Below are positions 41,342 through 49,671 of a stretch of 64,000 nucleotides of DNA, one piece after another (the stretch's first letter is position 1; each line of letters starts with the position of its first letter). The stretch is from Vulcanimicrobiota bacterium. Its GTDB lineage: Bacteria > Vulcanimicrobiota > Vulcanimicrobiia > Vulcanimicrobiales > Vulcanimicrobiaceae. The translations under genes were made by a program, and so were the position numbers. The notes beneath the pieces are model-generated. The model searched no databases. It was not told the origin of the DNA and saw only the letters and a program-made list of their open reading frames with translations. The stretch is from the NCBI GenBank assembly GCA_963812155.1, contig CAWETW010000001.1:768001-832000 (forward strand), read 5' to 3'.

Positions 41342-41649
41342 TGGGATGGCCGGGACTCGAACCCGGACGTCCTTTCGGACTGCAGATTTTCGCACCACTA
41401 TGGCTTTCGCCACCGCACCTTGCGTTTGTGGTCCGGACTGTGCCTTGACCGTATGAGGATCGATCTCACGTAGGCCGCGCCCGTCCAGTCTCTACACCTT
41501 CTCCGCAATCTACGGAGCTTGGCTCGGCGTCGTCACGTCTTTACGAAAGAGAGTTCGCCGAATTTGAGCGCATCCCGCAGTGCGTTTCCTTCACTGCGGC
41601 TCAACCGATGTGTCAAGTCTGCTGTGTCTACCGATTCCACCACCATCCC
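41342..41649 (-). tRNA. trnL: tRNA-Leu(TAA), intron-split (exons 41649-41615 and 41390-41342; CCA not encoded)
   Basis: Joined exons give GCAGA-CT-T|AA-AA-TCTGC anticodon arm, long variable arm, GGTTCGAGTCC. Confidence 0.95.
41391..41614 (-). ncRNA. Group I intron (IC3 type), 224 nt, no ORF
   Basis: P CTCAAATTCGGCGAA, Q GACGCCGAGCCAA, R AAGGTGTAGAGACT, S AAGGCACAGTCC; terminal G; P1 CUUGAC/GUUGAG with U.G at the splice site. Confidence 0.93.
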
Positions 41650-41660
41650 ATGACCGAGCG

Positions 41661-41903
41661 CTATTGGCGGTAGTGCTCGACGGTGTCTTCCGAACGCAAG
41701 TGCGCGACGTTGGGGTCCTGCCCGGCATCGCGGCGCGCGCGACGCTGGCGAAGGAGATCCCAAAACTGGTCGAGCTGCACCTCCACCGTTTCCAGGCGGC
41801 GCCGGTCGTCGGGCGTTAGGGAACGAGTTTCGCCGCGTTCGAGCAGTTGATGCTCTTCGGACACGAGCTGCTCGATGTGAGCGCGTATTTGAGCGTCATC
41901 CAT
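41661..41903 (-). CDS. DUF2630 family protein
   Basis: I..LV.EEH.L, EVQLDQFWDLLRQRRARR..GQDP. Confidence 0.88.
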   Translation of the reverse strand: MDDAQIRAHIEQLVSEEHQLLERGETRSLTPDDRRRLETVEVQLDQFWDLLRQRRARRDAGQDPNVAHLRSEDTVEHYRQ

Positions 41904-42883
41904 TACGTTAGATTCCTTAACGGACGAGAGCCTGCGCGCGGGAAGCCGACTTCTCCTGCCGTCGGGCCGGCGGTGTCGCGGTGTTGCAGCATGACGCCCA
42001 GCAGCAAATCCGAGGTCGTCGCCACGCATTCCGAATGGCCGATGCTCTCCAGTGCGGTGTCGAGCACCACGATACCGGCCGGTAAGATGTCGGCACGCTG
42101 TGGCTTCATGCCGGCCACTTTTTTGCGCTCCTCGAGCGGCATGGCGCAAAGACGCTCCAGCACGCCCTGCAAATCGTCGCGCGTCAAGCGAAACGCCGGC
42201 AGCGTTCCGCGGCGCCCACGCAATATTCCGGCTACGGTCGTTGCCGAGCCGCCCACCAATGCGACGCGTTCGACCGCGTCGCACTCCGCGATCGGCTTCA
42301 GGGCTTCCCGCGCGAGGCTGCGCGCGCGCTCGATGGTTTCGGAATCGACCGCGCCGTCGCGTCCGGCCATCTTCGGCAACGCTTCGGTGAGACCGACCGC
42401 GCCGACCTCGCACGACAGCACTCGGTCGGGGACAACGCCCGTGCCAACCGCATACTCGGTGCTGCCGCCCCCCGCATCCACGACGCCGGCTCGCTCGCCC
42501 CGCAGTGTGCCCAGGGCCGAAATCGCGCCGCGATACGACGCCGTGGCCTCCTCATCTCCGGAAAGCACGCGCATCGGCACGCCGAGTATTTCCTGTGCTC
42601 GCGCGAGGAACTCCTCAGCGTTGCTCGCGCGGCGCACGGCGCTCGTCGCAATCGCAAAGAGCCGGACGTAATGCCCGCGGATGCGCCGTTGCAGCTGTGC
42701 GATGGCATCGAGCGTACGGCGCATCGGCTCCTCTCCCAACGGGTCGCTCGAGCCTAGACCCTCTCCGATGCGCGTGCCGATCGACGCTCCCGCTTCGATG
42801 CGCGGAACGTCCGGTGCAACGTCGGCGAGCAACATGCGCGTCGAATTCGTGCCGACGGAAACGACGGCGTAGCGCTTGCTCAA
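41903..42883 (-). CDS. ppx: Ppx/GppA exopolyphosphatase family
   Basis: VGTNS.R, ATSAVR.A.N, SGDEEA, DAGGGSTE, RADI. Confidence 0.9.
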   Translation of the reverse strand: MSKRYAVVSVGTNSTRMLLADVAPDVPRIEAGASIGTRIGEGLGSSDPLGEEPMRRTLDAIAQLQRRIRGHYVRLFAIATSAVRRASNAEEFLARAQEILGVPMRVLSGDEEATASYRGAISALGTLRGERAGVVDAGGGSTEYAVGTGVVPDRVLSCEVGAVGLTEALPKMAGRDGAVDSETIERARSLAREALKPIAECDAVERVALVGGSATTVAGILRGRRGTLPAFRLTRDDLQGVLERLCAMPLEERKKVAGMKPQRADILPAGIVVLDTALESIGHSECVATTSDLLLGVMLQHRDTAGPTAGEVGFPRAGSRPLRNLT

Positions 42884-43227
42884 TCTTGGGCGAACAGCGC
42901 TGCGCGCCGCTTCTTACGAAGAAAGTGCCGTTCGGCTTGCGGCACGCCGTCGGGCGCGTCCCATTCTTGTGTGCTGCGCAAATACGAAGCGATCTGTTCG
43001 TCCAATTCCTCGTCGCGGATCTGCGGCGCAAGCGCGACGACCGGGCGCCGCCCTTCGCGACGCAGCTCAAACGCCAGTTCCCGGCGCGATGTGAGCGAGC
43101 GCTGATAATCCGCGCGGTGGGCTTCGACGTCGGCGGGCGGCGCGCTCGCCAGATCGCCGTTTTCTAAGCGCACGGTCGCACCGTAGGCGTTGAGGTTGAT
43201 GACGATGCCGTCGACCGGTTCGTTCAC
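42880..43227 (-). CDS. Small S1/OB-like hypothetical protein
   Basis: G.V..L.AYGA.V.L; operonic overlaps. Confidence 0.65.
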   Translation of the reverse strand: MNEPVDGIVINLNAYGATVRLENGDLASAPPADVEAHRADYQRSLTSRRELAFELRREGRRPVVALAPQIRDEELDEQIASYLRSTQEWDAPDGVPQAERHFLRKKRRAALFAQD

Positions 43228-43541
43228 TGAGCCGGCGACGGAACCGGGCTAACGAAGATGATCGTCTCGTTCTTGCTCACCATGCGCAACCGATCGTGGA
43301 TCTCGGGAACTGCGCCTTCGGGATCGCGCAGTCGCGCAATCTCGGCGCGCTGCTGCAACCGGCGCTTTTCAAGGGTCGCAACGTCCGCGCGAATTGAGGA
43401 GAGTTGACGTGCCATCCTCACGTTCTCGCCGATGGCGCGTCCGAACTGAATGGCAACGAGAACTGCGACGAGGAGTCCGAGCGCAGCGGCCGTGATCCGG
43501 CCGGCAAGACGAAGGACGAGTTGCGATTGCGAGTGCTTCAC
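43224..43541 (-). CDS. Septum formation initiator (FtsB/DivIC family)
   Basis: TM + coiled coil + L.MV..NET. Confidence 0.7.
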   Translation of the reverse strand: MKHSQSQLVLRLAGRITAAALGLLVAVLVAIQFGRAIGENVRMARQLSSIRADVATLEKRRLQQRAEIARLRDPEGAVPEIHDRLRMVSKNETIIFVSPVPSPAQ

Positions 43542-43547
43542 GAATTC

Positions 43548-44522
43548 CTAACGGACCGGTTCTGCATCGGGGCGCCAAGTGCCTATGCGACGGTACTTTT
43601 CGTAGCGCTCGTCGAGCAGGCGTTCAGCCGGAAGCCCTTCCAGACGCGAAAGCGCTTCGTCGATCGATCCCAAAACGCGCGCCACGACGGAACCCGCATC
43701 GCGATGCGCGCCGCCAAGCGGCTCCGGCACGATTTCGTCGATGATGCCGAAACGCTGCAAGTCTTGCGCCGTGAGCTTCAGCCGCGCCGCCGCCTCCTCG
43801 GCCTTGCCGGCGTCCGACCAGAGAATCGCGGCACAACCCTCGGGCGACGCGACCGAATACGTACTGTGCTCCAGCATGATGACGTGGTCGGCGATCGCCA
43901 GCGCGAGCGCCCCGCCCGAACCGCCTTCGCCGATGACGGTGGCCACGATGGGTGTGCGGGCTTGCGTGAACTCCTGGAGACAGCTTGCGATCGCTTCCGA
44001 TTGCGCGTGCTCTTCCGACGATATTCCGGGGTCGGCACCCTTGGTGTCGACGAGCGTCACGATCGGCAATCCCCAGCGCGACGCCAAGTTAGCCAAGCGG
44101 CGCACTTTGCGATATCCCTCGGGCGCCGGCATTCCGAAGTTGCGGCGAAGGTTCTCTTTGGTGTCGCGCCCACGCTGCTGGCCGATCGCCATGACCGGCC
44201 TCCCGCGCAGCAGTGCAAATCCGCCGACGATCGCGGGATCGTCGCGATACTGGCGGTCGCCATGGAGTTCGTCGAAGCGGTCGAAGCGCGAGATGTAATC
44301 GAGCGCGGTGGGACGGTTCGGATGGCGCGCCATGTGCACTTTTTCCCACGGCGTCAGCGTGCCGAAGACCTCGCGCAGCACCTCTTGGTATTTGCGCTCG
44401 AGCGCGGCGATCTCCGAAGACATGTCGACGGGCTGCGTGGAGTTCGCCGCGCGCAACTCGGCGATGCGGCGTTCGAGTTCCACCAAACCCTTTTCGCGTT
44501 CGACGATCGGATTGTTGTTCAC
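43548..44522 (-). CDS. accA: Acetyl-CoA carboxylase carboxyltransferase alpha
   Basis: ARHP.RP, ELHGDR, NFGM..PEGYRK, GEGGSGGALA. Confidence 0.96.
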   Translation of the reverse strand: MNNNPIVEREKGLVELERRIAELRAANSTQPVDMSSEIAALERKYQEVLREVFGTLTPWEKVHMARHPNRPTALDYISRFDRFDELHGDRQYRDDPAIVGGFALLRGRPVMAIGQQRGRDTKENLRRNFGMPAPEGYRKVRRLANLASRWGLPIVTLVDTKGADPGISSEEHAQSEAIASCLQEFTQARTPIVATVIGEGGSGGALALAIADHVIMLEHSTYSVASPEGCAAILWSDAGKAEEAAARLKLTAQDLQRFGIIDEIVPEPLGGAHRDAGSVVARVLGSIDEALSRLEGLPAERLLDERYEKYRRIGTWRPDAEPVR

Positions 44523-45376
44523 GCGCGAACGCCTTTACGCGCGGGGGTCGCGTATTCCAGAAGCCGGACCAGCGTTTCTTTGAGCGCGCGCCGGTCGACC
44601 ACCATATCGATGGCGCCTTTTTCGAGTAAAAATTCCGCGGTTTGGAATTGATCCGGAAGACGCTGGCGAATCGTCTGCTCGATCACCCGCCGTCCGGCAA
44701 ATCCGACGACCGCTTTGGGCTCGGCCACGATGACGTCGCCTTGAAAGGCGAAGGATGCCGCGACGCCGCCGGTGGTGGGATCGGTGAGCACCGTAATCAG
44801 CACGTTGCCGTCGCCGGTGAAGCGCGTCACGGCCGCAGTCGTCTTTGCCATCTGCGCGAGCGCGAGCATGCCCTCTTCCATTCGCGCGCCGCCCGAAGCG
44901 GTAAACACGATACAGGGAACGCGCCGGCGGCGTGCTTCTTCCAGCAGTTGCGCGATACGCTCGCCTACGACCGTACCCATCGTGCCGCCGCGAAAATGAA
45001 AATCCATCACGCCCAACGCGACGTCGAAGCCGCCGATCTGTCCGAAGCCGCACACGACCGCTTCCGCGAGGCCGCTCTTCTCGCGATCGCCGTTGAGTTT
45101 TGCGGCGTAAGTTCGCTTGTCGGCCCAGCCCAGCGGATCGGCGCTGACGACGTCGGACCCGATCTCCGAGAAATCCCCATCCACGATCGTGGCGATGCGA
45201 TCGTAGGCGCCCATGCGAAAATGATGCCCGCAGCGGGTGCACACGTCGGCGTTCGCGAGCAGATCCCGCCGGTACAGTACCTCGCCGCACTTCGGACACT
45301 TGCTCCACAGCGCGGCTTCGCGTTGGTCGGGCTGCTTCGTGCGGCGCGAACGCAGCCATTCCGGCATCGGCGGCAC
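44519..45376 (-). CDS. accD: Acetyl-CoA carboxylase carboxyltransferase beta
   Basis: LW.KCPKC..CxxC, SGGARM.EG, PTTGGV.AS, FQTAEFL. Confidence 0.96.
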   Translation of the reverse strand: MPPMPEWLRSRRTKQPDQREAALWSKCPKCGEVLYRRDLLANADVCTRCGHHFRMGAYDRIATIVDGDFSEIGSDVVSADPLGWADKRTYAAKLNGDREKSGLAEAVVCGFGQIGGFDVALGVMDFHFRGGTMGTVVGERIAQLLEEARRRRVPCIVFTASGGARMEEGMLALAQMAKTTAAVTRFTGDGNVLITVLTDPTTGGVAASFAFQGDVIVAEPKAVVGFAGRRVIEQTIRQRLPDQFQTAEFLLEKGAIDMVVDRRALKETLVRLLEYATPARKGVRA

Positions 45377-46122
45377 TATCGCCCTCCCGATGCTGCAGGC
45401 GCGACGTCCCCGCGCGGCGCGATGCGTGCCGCATACAGTTTTCCGAGTTGCTTGAGGTAGTTCACGATCTCTTTTTGGTTGAGTTTCGATTCGCCGACTT
45501 CGCGGTCTTTGAAGACGTACGGCACTTCCAGGACGTCGCCGTATTTGGCTTTGACGATGACCTCGAGCCCGATCTTGAATCCGATCGGGTCGAGACTAAC
45601 GCCTTCGAGTGCGTCGCGGCGCACTAAGAAATAGCCGCTGGTGACGTCCTTGACCTTCGTGAGCGGGCGGGCGAGCCAGCATGCGACGCGCGACGTGACG
45701 ATGCGCCGTCGCGGCCAGTTCGCGATGCCGCCTCCGGCCACGTAACGGCTGCCCACGGCCAGACCGTAGCGTCCCGATGCAAGGGCTTCCACCATTTTCG
45801 GCAATGCGTTGACGTCGTGGCTGAAATCCGCGTCCATTGCGCCGAGCGCCAGCGACTCCTTACGAGCGACGCTCCAGCCGTCGATCACGCCCGACGAAAG
45901 GCCCATTTTCCCCGGGCGGTGCAGGCAGCGCACCGGAAGCGCCTGCGCAAGCCGATCGACGATGGCGCCGGTTCCGTCGGGCGAGTTGTCGTCGACCACC
46001 ACGATTTCGCCGTCGAGCGCATTGGCGCGAAAGACGTCGTCAAGCGCTCGAAGCAAGTCTTCGATCCCGCCGGCCTCGTTGTACGTCGGAATGACGATCG
46101 AGAATGGTAACGCCGAGTTCAC
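45376..46122 (-). CDS. Polyprenol monophosphomannose synthase-like GT2
   Basis: IPTYNE, VDDNSPDGT, MDADFSH, GSRY..GG. Confidence 0.9.
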   Translation of the reverse strand: MNSALPFSIVIPTYNEAGGIEDLLRALDDVFRANALDGEIVVVDDNSPDGTGAIVDRLAQALPVRCLHRPGKMGLSSGVIDGWSVARKESLALGAMDADFSHDVNALPKMVEALASGRYGLAVGSRYVAGGGIANWPRRRIVTSRVACWLARPLTKVKDVTSGYFLVRRDALEGVSLDPIGFKIGLEVIVKAKYGDVLEVPYVFKDREVGESKLNQKEIVNYLKQLGKLYAARIAPRGDVAPAASGGR

Positions 46123-46133
46123 AGGCCCGCTAC

Positions 46134-46919
46134 CTACGGTCGCCCGCACGCTTGGCCCTGCGCAAACGCATCGGCCACGGCCAGCAGCACCACGGCTGCG
46201 GTCTCGGCGCGCAGGATTCTGGGCCCCATCCACACGAGTGCGGCGCCGCGCGCTCGGGCAGCCTCGCTTTCCGCATGCGCGAAGCCGCCTTCCGGCCCTA
46301 CCACCAACAGCACCCGGCTGGCGTCGCGCAACAGCTCGGGAAGCGCTTCGCACAATGGTATTCGCGGCGCGAGCTCCCACGCAAACGCAACCGCGTCGTA
46401 CTCACCGAATCGCTCGAGCAGCGCGGCAAACGACGGCAGGATCGAATGCACGTGCGGCACGCGCACGCGCCCGCACTGCCGCGACGCCGACGCGGCCAGC
46501 CGGCGCCAGCGTTCTTCTTTTCCAACGTCGGCGCGCGCGACGGAACGCTCGCAACGAAACGGCAAAATCGCTTCCGCGCCGAGTTCGGTCGTCTTCTCGA
46601 CGACGTAGTCCATCTTCTGTCCCTTTGGAACCGCTTGCGCTACGTCGAAACGCACGCCGGTTTCGCTGCGTTCGGCCGACACCGTCGACACGCCGAGCGT
46701 AGCGCGCACGCACGCGCCCTCGATTGCGAGCTCGGCGGCGAACGACGTGCCGGCCGAGTCGATGACTTCAATTTCGTCACCGTCGCGCAGCCGCAGCACT
46801 CGGCGAATCTTGCGCGCGTCGGCACCGCCGATCTCGACGATCGCTCCGCTTGCGCGCACGCCCTCGACGAAAAACCGCCGCGCGCTCCTTCGACCGCGCC
46901 GCGGCGTGTCTCTGCTCAG
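46134..46919 (-). CDS. rsmE: 16S rRNA m3U1498 methyltransferase; start uncertain (CTG 46919 proposed)
   Basis: RFF, VLRL, K.TELG, QCGR, VGPEGG, MG.RILRAETA. Confidence 0.9.
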   Translation of the reverse strand: MSRDTPRRGRRSARRFFVEGVRASGAIVEIGGADARKIRRVLRLRDGDEIEVIDSAGTSFAAELAIEGACVRATLGVSTVSAERSETGVRFDVAQAVPKGQKMDYVVEKTTELGAEAILPFRCERSVARADVGKEERWRRLAASASRQCGRVRVPHVHSILPSFAALLERFGEYDAVAFAWELAPRIPLCEALPELLRDASRVLLVVGPEGGFAHAESEAARARGAALVWMGPRILRAETAAVVLLAVADAFAQGQACGRP

Positions 46920-46926
46920 GACGACA
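46887..46926 (+). repeat. Dispersed REP-like element, degenerate copy 2 (rsmE 5' end)
   Basis: CCTTCGACCGCGC...TCTGCTCAGGACGACA. Confidence 0.65.
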
Positions 46927-46929
46927 CCT

Positions 46930-48045
46930 TTAGTCGGGGCGGAAAGCGTCTTTGACGCGCTCGAAAAACGAGCGATCTTCGACGTCGTCGCCGCCGGCCT
47001 GCGCGTAGCGCTCGAGCAGCTCGCGTTGTTCGCGGTTGAGTTTCGTAGGAACCGCGACGTGAATGGTGACGTGATGATCGCCGCGATGCGCGCCGCGCAC
47101 GGCCGGCATGCCGCGGCCGCGCAGCCGCAGCACCGTTCCGGGCTGCGTTCCGGGTGTGAGATTGACCTCGACCTCTCCATCGAGCGCGCGCACCGTCACC
47201 GGGCCGCCGAGCGCCGCCTGCGGGAAACTCACGGGTACGTCGGCGTACGTATCCTGCCCGTTTCGCTGAAAGTACGGATGCGGCGCGATCGCGAGATACA
47301 CGTAGAGATCGCCGGGAAGTCCGCCCCGCATACCGCCTTCCCCGTGTGCGGCAATACGAATCCGCGAGCCGTCGTCAACACCCGCCGGCACCGTGACCGT
47401 CAAGCCGCGCTCCACTTCGCGCCGTCCGTGACCGCGGCAGACGTCGCACGGATGCTCGACCACTTGCCCTTCCCCGCGGCAGCGTGGACAAGTCGACTGC
47501 GTCACCATCTGTCCGAGCGGCGTTTGACGCACGCCGCGCACGGCGCCGGAACCGCCGCACGTCGTGCACGGCGTAACGAGCGTACCCGGACGCGCGCCCG
47601 ATCCGCGGCACGCGTCGCACTGTGCCAGATGCGTGAACTCGATCTGCTTGGACGTTCCGGCGAAGGCTTCTTCCAGCGAAATCTCGAGGTCGTATCGCAA
47701 ATCCGCGCCACGCTGCGGACCGTGATGGTTTTGCGCCGAACTGCGCGCGCCGCCGAAGAACATGTCGAAGATGTCGCCGAAGGATCCGGCGTCGAAGCCA
47801 AATCCTTGTCCCTGCGCGGCGCCATTGCCCACCACGCCAAAACGGTCGTATTGCGCGCGCTTGCCGGGATCGGAGAGCACTTCGTACGCCTCGTTGATCG
47901 CTTTGAAGCGATGTTCTGCCGCCGATTTGTCGTGCGACACGTCGGGATGGTGCGTCCGCGCCAGCCGGCGATAGGCTTGTTTGATTTCGTCCCCGGAAGC
48001 GTCGCGAGCGACGCCGAGGATTTCGTAGTAGTCCACGGTCGGCAT
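46930..48045 (-). CDS. dnaJ: Chaperone DnaJ
   Basis: [11 protein letters not shown], four CxxCxGxG. Confidence 0.97.
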   Translation of the reverse strand: MPTVDYYEILGVARDASGDEIKQAYRRLARTHHPDVSHDKSAAEHRFKAINEAYEVLSDPGKRAQYDRFGVVGNGAAQGQGFGFDAGSFGDIFDMFFGGARSSAQNHHGPQRGADLRYDLEISLEEAFAGTSKQIEFTHLAQCDACRGSGARPGTLVTPCTTCGGSGAVRGVRQTPLGQMVTQSTCPRCRGEGQVVEHPCDVCRGHGRREVERGLTVTVPAGVDDGSRIRIAAHGEGGMRGGLPGDLYVYLAIAPHPYFQRNGQDTYADVPVSFPQAALGGPVTVRALDGEVEVNLTPGTQPGTVLRLRGRGMPAVRGAHRGDHHVTIHVAVPTKLNREQRELLERYAQAGGDDVEDRSFFERVKDAFRPD

Positions 48046-48053
48046 CAAGGAGC

Positions 48054-49103
48054 TTAGTGACGCTCCACGTCGGATAGGCGCTCGCTCAGGCTTTCGGCAG
48101 TGCCCGACGCAAGCGCGACGAGCCGGCCGTACGGCATGCGCCGCGGACCCAAAATGGAGAGCATGCCCAGCGCATGCGGTCCGAAACGATACGGAACGGT
48201 CACGACCGAAAGATCGGCCAGCTCTTCGTTGCCCAACTCGCGTCCGATCTTCACGCTCGGCGCGTCGGCGCTCATTGCGTCGGCGACGATTTGATAGAGC
48301 GTCTTTTGCTCTTCGACGATGCGCAATATGGAACGCAGCTTGCGCAGATCTTGGAACTCCGGCTGGTCGAGTAAATTCTGGGCACCGGCCGACGCGATCG
48401 TCGGCTGTTCGTGCGAGCGCGCCGACTGCAGCGCCGACAAAACCGCGCCGCGCAAATCCTCGTGCGCGCCGATTTCCCTGGCGAGCGCCGTGACGTCGGC
48501 GTCCGGAAGCTCGCACAGCGGCCGGTTCTCGAAGTGCGCGTTCAGCGCGTTGGAGAAGCGCGTAAGGTCGTCGGCGTGCTGCTCTTCGGAGAGTTCGAAA
48601 AGGCTCTGCGACGCGACGCCGAGCGAGGTCACGACGATCGCCACGCCGGTGCGCGGCGTCAGCCAGATGAGCTGCACGTGGCGAAACGTCTGCGTTTCTT
48701 GGTGCGGCCTGGTAATGAAGGCGAGATTGTTCGAAAGGCGTCCGAGCAGGCGGGTCGTGCTGTCGATGATGTCTTCGAGCTGGCGGCTGGCGTCGTGCAG
48801 TTCGTCGCGGATGCGACGCCGGTCGTCGACTCCGAGTTCCTCGGGCTGCATCAGCTGGTCGACGTAGGTCCGGTAGCCTGCGTCCGACGGCACGCGGCCG
48901 GCAGACGTGTGCGGCTGAACCAAGTAGCCGCCCGCTTCGAGCTCGGCCATTTCGTTGCGGACCGTCGCCGAACTCACGCCTAATTGGTATTTTTGGGTGA
49001 GCGTCTGCGATCCGACCGGCTCAGCGGTGGCGATGTATTCGTAGACGACGGTGGCGAGAATGTAGGCTTTGCGTTTGTCGAGGCCGCCGGGCTCTTCCCT
49101 CAT
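48054..49103 (-). CDS. hrcA: Heat-inducible transcription repressor
   Basis: [31 protein letters not shown]. Confidence 0.97.
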   Translation of the reverse strand: MREEPGGLDKRKAYILATVVYEYIATAEPVGSQTLTQKYQLGVSSATVRNEMAELEAGGYLVQPHTSAGRVPSDAGYRTYVDQLMQPEELGVDDRRRIRDELHDASRQLEDIIDSTTRLLGRLSNNLAFITRPHQETQTFRHVQLIWLTPRTGVAIVVTSLGVASQSLFELSEEQHADDLTRFSNALNAHFENRPLCELPDADVTALAREIGAHEDLRGAVLSALQSARSHEQPTIASAGAQNLLDQPEFQDLRKLRSILRIVEEQKTLYQIVADAMSADAPSVKIGRELGNEELADLSVVTVPYRFGPHALGMLSILGPRRMPYGRLVALASGTAESLSERLSDVERH

Positions 49104-49109
49104 AGCCCC

Positions 49110-49643
49110 TTACTGTAGCACTCTCGGCGTTTGAGTGCTAGCACTGGTGGGAGCGGCGGCTTGCTCGACCGCCCTGCGGAGTTCGTCCCAGCTCAGGCCG
49201 CCCACCGAGACATACGAGACGTCGCCGGCCGGGTCGACCACCAGGGTGACCGGTATCTTCGACACGGAGTACGCACGCGATATCGAACCGTCGGCGTCCT
49301 CGACGATCGGCAGCGGAATCTTTGCGAAACGAAAATACGTGCCCGCCACGGCACGGGATTCGGGCGAGATCGTCAACACGGCGACCCGGCTTCCGAACGA
49401 CTGCTGCGCGCGGACGAAGTAGCGCATCTCGGTCGTGCATACATCGCACCACGTCGCCCAAAAATCAATGATCACGACGCGCCCGCGAAGATCGGAGAGA
49501 GAATGTGCGCCATCGGTCGCGGGAATCGCGAAATCGGGAGCCGGCGCGTTGTAACGGATGCCGGATAGACCGGTGCCGGCCGTTGCGCTCAGCGCTGCAA
49601 GCACGCACGCACTCCACGTCACGCGCGTTGTTTCGGCAGGCAC
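49110..49643 (-). CDS. TlpA/ResA-type redoxin
   Basis: APDF, DFWATWCDVC, IP.T.VVD..G; start approximate. Confidence 0.85.
   Translation of the reverse strand: MPAETTRVTWSACVLAALSATAGTGLSGIRYNAPAPDFAIPATDGAHSLSDLRGRVVIIDFWATWCDVCTTEMRYFVRAQQSFGSRVAVLTISPESRAVAGTYFRFAKIPLPIVEDADGSISRAYSVSKIPVTLVVDPAGDVSYVSVGGLSWDELRRAVEQAAAPTSASTQTPRVLQ
49116..49140. promoter_or_regulatory. CIRCE operator
   Basis: TAGCACTC-N9-GAGTGCTA, 12 nt upstream of hrcA ATG. Confidence 0.92.
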
Positions 49644-49671
49644 CGTTGCCTTGCCTCGTTAACCGTGACGC

